Source of the DNA: Octopus sinensis
Taxonomy: Eukaryota
Assembly (NCBI RefSeq): GCF_006345805.1
Contig: NW_021832690.1
Location: forward strand, 1-32,582
Direction of reading: 5' to 3'
DNA length: 32,582 bases
Part shown: piece by piece, positions 1-12,721 of the stretch
Layout: each line of letters starts with the position of its first letter
How positions within the stretch are numbered: position 1 is the stretch's first letter
Notes under the pieces: generated by a model
The model's database searches: none
What the model was told of the DNA's origin: nothing
The model's input: only the letters and a program-made list of their open reading frames with translations
Program-made: the position numbers and the translations under genes

Positions 1-240
1 ATGTGGTTGGGAAGCAAGCTTCTTACCACACAGCCACAGAGGTGAGAAAGGAAAAAAGTATTCTTTTATGAACTTCATTAGCTTACAACTGTTTTTGCAA
101 TAAGATGCAGAGAACTCCTTGTTGAGTGCCTCAGTAACAACCTGATAGCTTTATCAGAGCCTTGAATATGAAGCATGTGTATATTAATGCATATGAATAT
201 TAATTTCTACACCAGATTATTAATCTTGCAATGCCTGAGC

Positions 241-543
241 AATCCAACCAAAATGCAAATATATGGGAAACTACCACCTGTGTCATCTCTTGTGAAAGGT
301 AGGAGAGTCCAGTTTGCTGGACATTGTTGTAGAGCTGAAAAAGAGGTAATTTCTATTCTTCACATCTGGGATCCATCTACTCGCAATACCAGAGGGTGCA
401 CACTCTCCTACCCTGATGTAATCTCCAGGGATACAGGCATCCAGCAACAGGACCTCCGTAATGCCATGATGGACCGTGAAGTGTTGTGTAGCATGGTAAA
501 TTCCATTGTCTCGACCACGGTCGAACAATGATGATGATGATGT
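241..543 (+). mobile_element. 5'-truncated RTE-clade LINE, 3' end of ORF plus (TGA)n tail
   Basis: Reads PTKMQIYGKLPPVSSLVKGRRVQFAGHCCRAEKEVIS...LSYPDVISRDTG...DLRNAMMDREV, matching the R-x-x-F-A-G-H-C-x-R ... M-x-D-R C-terminus typical of RTE-type LINEs; the stop at 529-531 runs into tgatgatgatga. Confidence 0.8.
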
Positions 544-553
544 GTGTGCGTGT

Positions 554-840
554 GGAGGCGCAAAGGGCCAGTGGTTAAGGTAGCGAACTCGTGGTTGTAG
601 GATTGTGGTTTCGATTCCCAGACCAGGCATTGTGAGTGTTTATTGAGCGAAAACATCAAAGGCTCCACAAGGCTCCAGCAGGGGGTGGTGGCGATCCCTG
701 CTGTACTCTTTCGCCACAACTTTCCCTCACTCTTTTTTCTGTTGGCCTTCTCACTTAGCCAGCAGGGTGGCGTCATTTGGAGGCTAAAACAATGCGAAGT
801 GGATTATGACCAGCGATGTGAGAGCCAGTAGTGACCTTCA
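554..840 (+). mobile_element. tRNA-headed SINE (family D)
   Basis: Head GGAGGCGCAAAGGGCCAGTGGTTAAGG...GGTTTCGATTCCC has A/B-box-like motifs; head and body match the reverse-strand copy at 24080-24395, and the tail matches 16215-16325. Confidence 0.8.
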
Positions 841-872
841 TGAGGCAGTGTGCTGAGTGGTATTGCTGTGTC

Positions 873-2161
873 ATGGACAGGAACAAAGAACCAATGTGGA
901 ATTTAGTGTTAAACTTGGGAAGTCTGCTACAGAGACATTGAGCATTCTTTGGCAAGCACATGGTGATGAGGCGATGGGGTGTATATAATGTTTTGAGTGG
1001 CAAATGAGCTTCAAAAGCGGAAGCCAATGAGCCATAAGCGTCACCTTTAAAAAATGTGGTAAAGGCAGTGAGCTGGCAGAAACGTTAGCAAGCCGGGTGA
1101 AATGCTTAGAGGTATTTCGTCTCCTGTTACGTTCTGAGCTCAAATTCCACCGAGGTTGACTTTGCCTTTCATCCTTTCGGGGTCGATTAAATAAGTACCA
1201 GTTATGCACTAGTGTTGATATAATCGACTTAATCCATTTGTCTGTCCTTATTTGTCCCCTCTGTGTTTAGCCCCTTGTGGGGAGTAAAGAAATAGGTATT
1301 TCATCTGCCGCTACTTTCTGAGTTCAAATTCTGTTGAGGTTGACTTTGCCTTTTATACTTTCGGGGTCGATTAATTAAGTACCAGTTACGCACAATGGTC
1401 GATATAATCAATTTAATCCGTTTGTCCCCTCCGTGTGTAGCCCCTTGTGGGTAGTAAAGAAATAGGTATTTCATCTGCCACTACATTCTGAGTTCAAATT
1501 CTGCCGAGGTCGACTTTGCCTTTTATACTTTTGGGGTCGATTAAATAAGTACCAGTTACGCACAATGGTCGATATAATCAATTTAATCCGTTTGTCTGTC
1601 CTTGTTTGTCCCCTCTGTGTGTAGCCCATTGTGGGCTGTAAAGAAATGAGAAATGTCGTATTGTGCATCGAGAATCTGTCTCCCAGGGCCAGACCATTAA
1701 TTGAGAGTTCTACTTTAACATTTTGAAGCATTTGAGGAAGGACATTTGGCAAGAACGACCAGGTCTGTAGAACACGAAGGACTAGATTCTTCATCAGGAC
1801 AATGCACTCTGTCGCTGAGCTCCTGCTACTTGTGAGTTTCTCACCAAAAACAACATGGCAACACCTCCACACCCATCCCCATTCATCAGATTTCACCCCT
1901 ACGGACTTCCATCTCTTCCCCAAGATCAAAATTCGGCTGTTTTAACACCATTGTGGAGATATGGAGTGAATCACAGAAGGTAGTCAAATCACTTACAGCA
2001 AAGGACCTCAAAGCCAGATTCCAAAAGTGGCAGGTAACTCTGGGATTAGTGTATTGCTGCGCAAGGTGACTGTTTTGAAGAAGATGAAGTTAAAACTTTG
2101 GTAAATACATTATTTTTTATCAAACATAACAAGTCCAGGAACTTTTTGATACCACCTCATA
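873..2161 (+). mobile_element. Decayed mariner transposon, internally deleted and interrupted by a SINE array
   Basis: 873-1030 reads (frameshifted) EQRTNVEFSVKLGKSATETLSILWQAHGDEAM..CFEWQMSFKSG, an N-terminal HTH. 1651-2085 carries remnants of LHQDNA, HP..SSDF.P.DFHLFPKIK, FQKWQ and CIAAQGDCFEED. The right TIR-like end AGTCCAGGAACTTTTTGATACCACCTCA is followed by TA at 2160-2161. Left TIR not recognisable. Confidence 0.85.
1062..1647 (+). mobile_element. SINE family B (Nin/Deu-like domain): one head plus three tandem bodies
   Basis: Head GGCAGTGAGCTGGCAGAAACGTTAGC, then three ~170-190 bp copies of GGTATTTC..TTCTGAGTTCAAATT..GACTTTGCCTTT(C/T)AT(C/A)CTTT(C/T)GGGGTCGA..AAGTACCAGTT...GTAAAGAAAT. 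Confidence 0.85.
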
Positions 2162-2288
2162 TATATGCACACATACATATATTATTACTTAATACTTTTT
2201 AGTATACGTGTAATATATACATACACATATATATATATATATGTATGTATATATGTGTGTGTATATAATATATATATGTATGTATATA

Positions 2289-2327
<39 letters not shown>

Positions 2328-2565
2328 GACATACATACACACACACACACACACATAAAAAAGTCTTTTTCCTAGTTTGTTTTTATGTTTTCGTTTCTCG
2401 TTGTGTTCTACGTTTATTTGTGGTATCCTGTACTCATATATATATATATATATATATATGCATGTATATATACATATAGATGTAGGTACGTACATATATG
2501 TATGTATGCATATATTTTATTTATTAAATTATTATATATGTATATATATATATATATATATATAC
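2160..2565. repeat. (TA)n/(CA)n/(TG)n compound microsatellite
   Basis: Directly visible. Confidence 0.9.
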
Positions 2566-3063
2566 TATAAAAGCTTTTGTAAAAGAAAAAGTTCTACATA
2601 TAACCACCTATATAATATTGTGATATCCTTTGGGTTGGAAGCACTTAAATACTCCACAATAGAACGTAATGGTCCTTCAGTTATATATTGCAGGCAAAAA
2701 CTGTCCGTTGCAATTGGGTTCTATTTGAGATTATGCAGAAGTTACGAAGGGGCATTGCAGTTGTTACATAATAAGGCATCTTACTGGGTTTTTCTCACTT
2801 TTTGAAAATACGCATGTGTGTGTCCGTGCGTGTGTTTATATATACACACTCATATATATATATGTATGTGTGTGTGTGTATGCACATATACCCATATATC
2901 CATCCATTAATATAAGTATAATGTGCAACAAATGTCAATGGGTAGATTTTTACGCCTTCCATGTATATGTGTATATGTATACACTCACATATATGCACAG
3001 ATGTACAAAGGTATACTCGTGTGTGTGTATGCATGCATGTATATATGTATGTATATATATATG

Positions 3064-3111
<48 letters not shown>

Positions 3112-3118
<7 letters not shown>

Positions 3119-3270
3119 GCTGTGTGGTAAGTAGGTTGATTACTGATCACATTGATCTGGGTTCAGTCCCACTGTGTGGCACCTTGGGCAAGTGTCTTCT
3201 ACTATAGCCTCAGGTTGACCAAAGCCTTGTGAATGGATTTGGTAAACGGAAACTGAAAGAAGCCCATCGT
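3112..3270 (+). mobile_element. SINE family A 5' half (tRNA head plus CORE-like segment)
   Basis: GTGGCTGTGTGGTAAGTAG...GGGTTCAGTCCCACTGTGTGGCACCTTGGGCAAGTGTCTTCTACTATAGCCTC, identical in layout to the full copy at 6661. Confidence 0.85.
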
Positions 3271-3659
3271 ATATGTACATCGTAAAATAAGTCCCAGTTG
3301 GGCAGTGGGGTTGATGCAAATGATTTACCCCTTCCCTGAAATTGCTGACCTTGTGCTAAAATTTGAAATCATCATCATCATCATTATTATTATTATTATT
3401 ATTAGATGTAGAGTTAATAGCAGTAGTAATTCTAGGAGAAATTTTCATGCGTGCGCACATGTGAATGCACACATAGCATTCTAATAAACATGCATTCATA
3501 AATACACCCAAATGCATGCAGATGCACATACCTGTGCGAACACATAAATGGATGATTATTTTCTCTCACACCTGCCTTAAGTACCGTTTTTCTAGAATTC
3601 CAATGACGTCTCCACCTATGTCTGTGTGTCACACATATAGGTACATGAATACTTTTTCA

Positions 3660-3678
3660 GTGTGTGTGTGTATGTATC

Positions 3679-3713
<35 letters not shown>

Positions 3714-3744
3714 GTACATATATAATATATATATATGTGTGTAC

Positions 3745-3775
<31 letters not shown>

Positions 3776-3799
3776 TTATATTTATATATGTATATATAC

Positions 3800-3845
<46 letters not shown>

Positions 3846-4025
3846 TACATATATATATATGTATATATACATATACATATTATATATGTATATATACATA
3901 TATATATATATAATGTATATATATATGTATATGCATATATATTATTGTATATATATTTATGTATATATTTTATTTTGTATATGTATATATATATGTATAT
4001 ACATATATATACACACACACACATT
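3660..4025. repeat. TA-rich microsatellite
   Basis: Directly visible. Confidence 0.95.
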
Positions 4026-4259
4026 TGCATACATATATTTCATTTAACCTCTCTCTCTTCTTTTGCTTTTTATTTTGGTTTTTAAGGGTTTTATTTTTTG
4101 TTTTCGGGGGTGGGGGTGGTGGAGAGAAATCAGGACTTTTTCTCCGAATAATATCATCTCAGAAAATACGCCAGTTTGCAGGGCAGTGAAATATTTGATG
4201 TAAATCCAACCAAAAGGTGCTGGTATCCACATTAAACTTCTCCAAGTGTGTAGAAACAG

Positions 4260-4509
4260 ACATGCACACATGCACACACACACCACACACACACACACTT
4301 ACGTACAAACATACACACACACACACATATATATATATACACACACACAAACACATAGTTACCCTATATGTATATATATTTATGTATGTACATATATATA
4401 TATAGATAAACACACACACACATATTTATATATACACATAATTACCTTATACGTATATATATTTATGTATGTAGATATATATAGTTACACAAACACACAC
4501 ACACATATA

Positions 4510-4548
<39 letters not shown>

Positions 4549-4620
4549 TATTCATAGTTACCCTATATGTATATATATGTATTTATATATGTAGATACAC
4601 ACACACATACACACATATGA
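4260..4620. repeat. Degenerate ~70-80 bp minisatellite
   Basis: The motif (CATAG)TTACCCTATATGTATATATATTTATGTATGTA..ACACACACAT recurs about four times. Confidence 0.7.
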
Positions 4621-4682
4621 ATATTGATGTATATTTATGTGTGTGTATGTATGAGAAAGTGTCAGTGTGACTGTGTTTTATG

Positions 4683-4713
<31 letters not shown>

Positions 4714-5558
4714 GTATATGTATATTCAAAACGTGAAGCAGTTTCGAAAGAAATTTTTCTCTCCACACACATTCAGTTCAGGCTTTCAATTTCTTTTCCC
4801 CATACTGACAACAAACCTACATATTAAATGTACGGCCCGTCCTCACCTACTTCCGTGTCCCTTATACGATTGCATATCCGCATGCTACTCACACACTCTC
4901 ATATACATAGACACACAAATTCCCACCCTGAGGGTCCCAAGCATATTGCATTTATTCTTCATAAGTAAGGAAAAGTTGGGCAGGGTCTTTTTTTTTTTTG
5001 GTGGTATTTCTGTTATTTATTAAAAGAAATATTCTTCTGTTATTTTTTTTATCTTCTTCTTCTACTCCTCCTTGTTAACACTCTTAGATGCAACCTCCAG
5101 ATATTTTCGCAAGAAACCATAACTGCTATATACATATATGTTTGTGTATGCATGCATGTATGTATGTATGTATGTATGTATGTATGTATGTGTCTGTGTG
5201 CGGGTGTTTTTGCAAAGAAGGAAGTTGCATTATGGTCATCATCATCATCATCGTCATTATCATTAGCAGTAGTATTAATATTGTCCATGATAACAGCAAA
5301 ACTAGTGGCAGCAATATTAGTAGTACTTTGTACTTAGTTGGTCCTATTATTTGATAACCAACATTTATTATTTCTGATATATATATCATCATCATCATCA
5401 TCATCGTTATATATGCCTCCTGAAATGAAAGTTAGAACATCGGGAAAGTGGAACCCAAAATTTCTTTATGTACTCATATAAAAATTCATGGTCCACTCCT
5501 GTTCTGTCTGTACATATCTATTTGTATCAGCCTAACTGTCTTTCTACCTATCTCTCTT

Positions 5559-5590
<32 letters not shown>

Positions 5591-5732
5591 ACACACACAT
5601 ATTCATAGTTACCCTATATGTATATATATGTATTTATATATGTAGATACACACACACATACACACATATGAATATTGATGTATATTTATGTGTGTGTATG
5701 TATGAGAAAGTGTCAGTGTGACTGTGTTTATG

Positions 5733-5763
<31 letters not shown>

Positions 5764-6608
5764 GTATATGTATATTCAAAACGTGAAGCAGTTTCGAAAG
5801 AAATTTTTCTCTCCACACACATTCAGTTCAGGCTTTCAATTTCTTTTCCCCATACTGACAACAAACCTACATATTAAATGTACGGCCCGTCCTCACCTAC
5901 TTCCGTGTCCCTTATACGATTGCATATCCGCATGCTACTCACACACTCTCATATACATAGACACACAAATTCCCACCCTGAGGGTCCCAAAGCATATTGC
6001 ATTTATTCTTCATAAGTAAGGAAAAGTTGGGCAGGGTCTTTTTTTTTTTTTGGTGGTATTTCTGTTATTTATTAAAAGAAATATTCTTCTGTTATTTTTT
6101 TTATCTTCTTCTTCTACTCCTCCTTGTTAACACTCTTAGATGCAACCTCCAGATATTTTCGCAAGAAACCATAACTGCTATATACATATATGTTTGTGTA
6201 TGCATGCATGTATGTATGTATGTATGTATGTATGTATGTATGTATGTGTCTGTGTGCGGGTGTTTTTGCAAAGAAGGAAGTTGCATATGGTCATCATCAT
6301 CATCATCATCATTATCATTAGCAGTAGTATTAGTATTGTCCATGATAACAGCAAAACTAGTGGCAGCAATATTAGTAGTACTTTGTACTTAGTTGGTCCT
6401 ATTATTTGATAACCAACATTTATTATTTCTGATATATATATCATCATCATCATCATCATCGTTTATATGCCTCCTGAAATGAAGTTAGAACATCGGGAAA
6501 GTGGAACCCAAAATTTCTTTATGTACTCATATAAAAATTCATGGTCCACTCCTGTTCTGTCTGTACATATCTATTTGTATCAGCCTAACTGTCTTTCTAC
6601 CTATCTCT

Positions 6609-6660
<52 letters not shown>
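4541..6660. repeat. Tandem duplication, ~1051 bp period, two copies
   Basis: TTCATAGTTACCC at 4551 and 5602. The units are near-identical, differing mainly by 1-bp indels, microsatellite length and two substitutions. Confidence 0.95.
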
Positions 6661-6661
<1 letters not shown>

Positions 6662-7060
6662 GGCGCAGGAGTGGCTGTGTGATAAGTAGCTTGTCTACCA
6701 ACCACATGGTTCCGGGTTCAATCCCACTGCGTGGCATCTTGGGCAAGTGTCTTCTACTATAGCCTCGTGCCGACCAATGCCTTGTGAGTGGATTTGGTAG
6801 ACGGAAACTGAAAGAAGCCTGTCGTATATATGTATATATATATGTATGTGTGTGTATATGTTTGTGTCTGTGTTTGTCCCCGTTGCATTGCTTGACAACC
6901 TATGCCTGTGTGTTTACGTCCCCGTCACTTAGCGGTTCGGCAAAAGAGACCGATAGAATAAGTACTGGGCTTACAAAGAATAAGTCCCGGGGTCGATTTG
7001 CTCGACTAAAGGCGGTGCTTCAGCATGGCTGCAGTCAAATGGCTGAAACAAGTAAAAAGA
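6661..7060 (+). mobile_element. Full-length SINE family A (octopus OR-like, tRNA/CORE type)
   Basis: AGGCGCAGGAGTGGCTGTGTG..AAG head, B-box GGTTCAATCCC, CORE-like CTTGGGCAAGTGTCTTCTACTATAGCCTC, internal TA/TG microsatellite, tail GCAGTCAAATGGCTGAAACAAGTAAAAAGA. Confidence 0.9.
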
Positions 7061-7071
7061 AAAAAAATTTA

Positions 7072-8355
7072 TTGGGTCATCTCACAAATAATGTGGGTTT
7101 TTTTCAGTTTTATGAACTAAAACTCAGAGTGGACAGGATAAACTATCTTCAACTTAAACGCAGCTAATAATTTTACCTTGTACTTATTCTTAGTGCAAGT
7201 TTTGAAGAGTGCAGTTCGATTTTAAATGTTATTTTTTCAAAGTTATAATGGAAGTGACAAAGGAGCATATTTAGCATATTTGGCTTTGGGAGTTCAATAG
7301 AGGCAATAACACAAAGGAAACTGTTAGGAATATTGATGCAGTATATGGGGATCAGACAATAAGCATAATTCTGTTTCAACGGTGGTTCCAGAAATGCCAA
7401 GCCAAAAACTACAGCCTAGAAGATGAGCCTTGTTCTAGAAGATCAGTAGAGCTCAACGAGGATATCCTGCAAACCCTGGTGGAACAAAATCTCACCATAA
7501 CTGTTGAGGAACTAACAGAGAAGCTTGGATTTGATCATTCAACCATTCATCAACACCCGTGTGCCATTGGAAAAGTTAGAAAATAGAGTCAATGGCTTCC
7601 TCACAAACTTTCTGAGTCTATTCACACACAGAGACGGAAAGTGTCCTTATCTTTGCTGTTATGTTTCACGAATGAACATTTTTTTTCTACCCAAATGTGA
7701 CTGGTGATGAGAAATGGGTTCTCTATAAAAATGTCATGCACTGAAGACAGTGGGTAGGGAAAGGAGAAAAACTGGCACCCCTGGCTAAAGACGGTCTTCA
7801 CCCATGTAAGGTGTTGTTATCTGTTTGGTGGGATATGAAAGGTTTAGACCATTTTGAAATTTTAGACCCAAACCAAATGATAACAAAAGAGATCTACTGT
7901 GACCAGCTTGGGCGGCTCAAGTCAGTGCTAGAAGACAAACGACCATCTTTCGTTTCAAGATGAAAGGTGTTCTCCCATCAGGATAATGCTTGGTCACATA
8001 AAGCAAGGATAACATTTCAAAGGCTGGAGCAGTTGGAATTGGAAATGATGCCCCTCCCACCCTATTCACTGGACATTGTCCCATCTGATTATCATTAATT
8101 CTGCAGTCTTCAAAATCATTTCGACATGCAAAATATGAATTCTGTAGATGAGGTCAGAATAGTGCTGGAAGAGTATTTTTCATCATGGACAAAGGAAATT
8201 CGGAATAGGGGTTTTGCAAGTCTACCAGGAAGGCTGGAAGGGCATTGTAGAAAATGAAGGAGAGTTTATTTTAGATTAAAAAAGAAATTTGTTTATTTTA
8301 ATTTTGAAAAATAAAGGAAATATTTTAAAAACACATTATTTATGGGATGACGCAA
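7072..8355 (+). mobile_element. Full-length decayed mariner (~1.28 kb) with TIRs and TA target duplication
   Basis: TA|TTGGGTCATCTCACAAATAATGTG ... CACATTATTTATGGGATGACGCAA|TA. Transposase pseudogene 7248-8279: MEVTKEHI*HIWLW.., IVTGDEKWVLY-like (GTGACTGGTGATGAGAAATGGGTTCTC), LSVWWDMKG, HQDNA, PYSLDIVPSDYH, ..ENEGEFILD*; many stops and frameshifts. Confidence 0.95.
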
Positions 8356-8649
8356 TATATATACTCACATATATATATACACATATATAATATCTATAGA
8401 TATAAGTTATATAGATCTTTATCTATTTCTGTATATAATACATGAACATAAATATATAAGTTTTTGCCAGTATTTGATGAAACATTTTCTTAAAAGTTGT
8501 CAACTATATAGAAAAATATGATTTTGAAAAACAAAATGACACAAACCTTTTTGGAAAGATGTTTCCATATTGGGTGTAAGTGCTTTCATCCATCATTCAA
8601 CTTTTCAAACTTATGTGTAATGGACTCATCTTATATTGGTAGTTGCACT

Positions 8650-10020
8650 TCATAATAGTGTTGGATATTTGCGGTTTAGTTTCAAATTTAGTAATCTTAT
8701 TATGTGTTTTTCTTTTACTTTTCATAGTTGATCATTTGCGTCTTTATTTCGGAAAAGTGAAATATTTGGAATTTTCCATTTGTGCAAATGTCACTAAGAG
8801 ATGAATCTTTAATTTACTGTTTGTGCACTCTCACACAGCTGGTTAGTTTTCTTCCATTTCACTGATCTGTCATTGTATTGTGTTGCTAGTGATACAGAAG
8901 ATAAGACTTTTTGTTTTACATTTTGTTCTCCATGTTTGCATCCAACTTTAATTCATTCTCCTGAATCGGTTGGCTCTTCAATATTCTATTATTTTACACA
9001 TCTCGCACCATGTGTCTCCACACTTTGTTACCTGCACTTGTTTCTTTCTCTGATGTGTATCTCACCTTTGTTAGGAGTCTTTTGAGATTCTGTAGTAGTC
9101 TTCAGCTATTGATGATTTGTGATTATTTAATAACTTGTTGGATATTCGATGATTGATATATAATTGGGAGTTATCATTTGGCTGAATCAGTTATAATTGT
9201 CTCATTTTCTTTAATTATCAGAATGTCCAGAAAAGGACATACATTTCCTTTGTGAAGTGGCTCAATTTATGAATGCTATTTACTAATTTAAAAATCTTAC
9301 TTATGTTACAAAATATAAAGTAATCATCCAAGAATCTTTTTCAGTTTCCTATTAAATAGAACTGGAAATGTTGATTGGGATTCCAGACAGGTATTGATTT
9401 TTTTCTTCTAGAAATCCCATTACCAGTGTTGCAAACTTTGGTCCAACTTTCATCCCCATTGCTGTGCCATATATTTGTACATAATATTGGTTGTCCAAAA
9501 AAAGTAGCAGTCATGATACTTCAAGTATAAATTGTTTTGGGAATGACTCCTGAATTCTTTCTGTTTATTTGACTGTCCAGAATTTTGCTGCTTCTAATTC
9601 TAGTATATGAGATTTGTTCTGAGACTGCTTACTTTGAAACTAACTAGGATTTTCTCTTCATCCACTCTTTCTAGAACATGGTGTAAGAAGTCCATGTCAT
9701 CATTCATGAAACAGAGACAAATTTGCACAATGGTTTCAAAATTACTTCAAGAAAGTTGCTTAATGGATGGCTTCTGTAACATTTAGACGTAATTTTAGAT
9801 TGGATGGTTTGTGGTTTTCCCCATATGGTGTATAGAAGTCCTTTAAGTTGACATTGAATTCTTTAGATATTAGTGGAATTTTGGTAATCAACTAAAGTTA
9901 CCTGCTTTTACCTCAGGATTAGTGAGTTAATTGTCATTAAGTAGTGTTTCTGATGTCGGTTGGTCACAAGGTTCACTTTTACTTTGTATTACATCCAACA
10001 CCAGCAGTTTTCTGTCACTT
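8650..10020 (-). mobile_element. Decayed Penelope-like element: RT plus GIY-YIG endonuclease remnants
   Basis: Minus-strand remnants in order: GNFS*LPKFH, LSNFLEVILKPLCKFV..DDMDFLHHV, QYYVQIYGTAMGMKVGPKFATLVMGFLEEK, KRFLDDYFIFC (RT motifs), KCKTKSLIFCITSN (GIY-YIG start), KEKHIIRLLNLKLN (C-terminus). Confidence 0.9.
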
Positions 10021-10699
10021 AATCAAGAGTAAGGAGGGCAGTCTCATGAACCATTACAAATCTTCTAAGGTTGCCAGGAGGGAAGAAGGAAGATATTCGT
10101 AAACTGAATAACCAGCCCAGAGGTTTACAAGTGAGTGGGCTCAGCTAAAAACATCCTAGGACCAAGCAGGTGATGGTGGTGAAGTGGGGGATGACCAGTA
10201 CAGTGACAACTCCAAACAGGTTTCTGCCTTATTAAACATCCTCAGTGTATCATAGTGTCTCTGTTGCTGTGTGACCACATACTGCCCAGGGACAATATAT
10301 TGGGTTTTAGTGAATAAAGTCTAAAGTGATGTCATAATTTAAATGAATGCTTCCTCATTTGATTAGTCTTAGTCATTCTCTTAGCCTTTCCTAACACCAA
10401 CCACTCAGCAGAGTGGACTTTTTAGGTGGCACAAGCACAGGCGAGGTGAATAGTGCTTTTTACATAGCACAAGCACAGGCTAGGTCATATATATGCATAT
10501 GCATGCACACACACATGCATACACATATCACCTGCTGAGACACTTCTGCACTGAGTGCTGAGGGATGCACTACAGCACGTGGTATAGTTTTCTGTCCATG
10601 AGAGATTGGTGCAGTGTGGGTTGAAACGATCGTTGTGAGCAATAAAGTTTCCCGTGTATTCCAGTTTCCATCTCTACCATTTGTTTTGTATACACAAAC

Positions 10700-10705
10700 A
10701 CACAG

Positions 10706-10774
<69 letters not shown>

Positions 10775-10960
10775 TATATGTATATCGGGAACAGTTTTCT
10801 ATTAGACATCTTATATTGAAAACATGTCAATGCTCACATTCATCTATTTTTATCAAGATACATACATATATACATATATATATATATACACACACACACA
10901 TACATACAGATATATAGATATATATATACACACAAACATACATATAGATATATATATACA

Positions 10961-11009
<49 letters not shown>

Positions 11010-11064
11010 GCATACAGATATATATGTATATATATATGTATATATATATATAATATATATATAT

Positions 11065-11125
<61 letters not shown>

Positions 11126-11138
11126 GCATGTGTGTATA

Positions 11139-11171
<33 letters not shown>

Positions 11172-11295
11172 AATATATATGTATATACTTATATATGTGT
11201 GTATGTATCTCTCTATATATGTATGTATGCTTAAATATACATGCGTACATGCACACACACACATACACACACTCACACACACACATATATATATA
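10700..11295. repeat. (CA)n/(TA)n compound microsatellite
   Basis: Directly visible. Confidence 0.95.
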
Positions 11296-12688
11296 AATCT
11301 GTGTGTGCGTGTAAGACGTGTGAGGCTAGATATATATACATACGCATTTCAAAAATATATGTATGAGCGATTGTGTGTGTGTCTGAGTGTATATATGACT
11401 CGTGTTGATTTAGTCTTCCTCTTTGCTTTTTTTCCTCCCCTCTTTGTTACTTTTAAAAATTCAATTCGTTTCTTTTTAATCTTATCTTCTGGTTCTTTAA
11501 CCTTAATTGTATTCGATATATTGTTATCGAATTGTTCCGAGAACGACATTTTTGCCGAAGATAAGAGACAGACAGAAAATTTCTCGTGTCAATATGATGT
11601 ATTAAAATGTCATTTCACAGTGTTGTAGCTTAGTTTAGCTTAACTCAGCTTAAAATAACAAATGATGAGTTGGAGGAGGAGGTGGTTGGGTCGGAGTGGG
11701 AATGTTCTTCTCAGGGTTGCTTTCTGCATAAAAAACTTACAGTCAAGTGAATGCTTATGAAAGTGAGACTCCCCTTTCCCACACCGGCCAAATTAAGTTT
11801 TAGTGATTTAAAAAAGAAATGTACCTATGGCACAGGCATGGCTGTGTGGTAAGAAGCTTGCTTCCCAAGCACGTGGTTGTGGGTTCAGTCTCAATGTGTG
11901 GCATCGAGTGTCTTCTGCTGTAGCCATGGGCCAACCAAAGCCTTGTGAGTGGATGTGATAGATGGAAGCTGAAGGAAGACTACTGTATATGTATATGTGT
12001 ATATATGGCCGTTGCCAGCCTCGTCTGGCCCCCGTGCTGGTGGCACGTCAAAAGCACCATCTGATCGTGGTCGTTTGCCAGCCTCGTCTGGCACCTGTAT
12101 AGGTGGCACATAAAAAGCACCCACTACACTCTCGGAGTGGTTGGCGTTAGGAAGGACATCCAGCTGTAGAAACACTGCCAGGTCAGACTGGGCTTGGCGC
12201 AGCCTCCTGGCTTCCCAGACCCCAGTTGAACCGTCCAACCCATGCCAGCATGGAAAACGGACGTTAAACAATGATGCTGATGATGATGATATCTATGTGT
12301 TAGTATTTGTCCTCCATCATTGCTTGACAAAGCCTTGTGAGTGGATGTGATAGATGGAAACTGAAGGAAGCCTATTGTATATATATATGTGTATATATCT
12401 CTGTGTTACTATTTGTCCTCTACCATTGCTTGACAACTGCTCGGTGTGTTTACATTCTGCTGACTTAGCAGTTCAGTGACAAAGATGATAAAATAAGTAC
12501 CAGGCTTAAGAAACATGAAGTAGGAGTGGTTGTGTGGTAAGTAGCTTGCTTACCAACCATGTGGTTCTGGGTTCAGTCCCACTGTGTGGCACCTTGGGCA
12601 AGTCTCTTCTACTATAGCCTCAGGCCAACCAAAGCCTTGTGAGTGCATTTGGTAGACGGAAACTGAAAGAAGCCCGTTGTATATATGC

Positions 12689-12721
<33 letters not shown>

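Noticed and set aside
44-165. Possible decayed hammerhead/PLE end (minus strand ..TGCAAAAACAGTTGTAAG)
   Set aside because: Core too degenerate to support; the same applies to 20265-20420 (GAAACAATTGTAGTG without a clear CUGANGA), 8550-8610 and 18900-18935.
2565-2800. Complex sequence between TA tracts (also 18560-19070, 10020-10330)
   Set aside because: Probably further repeat fragments, but no motif or frame I can assign.
6661-6740. tRNA-like A/B boxes in SINE heads
   Set aside because: No complete cloverleaf; these are SINE promoters, not tRNA genes.
11545-11600. CCGAAGA...GAAAATTT
   Set aside because: No stem II or stem I pairing.
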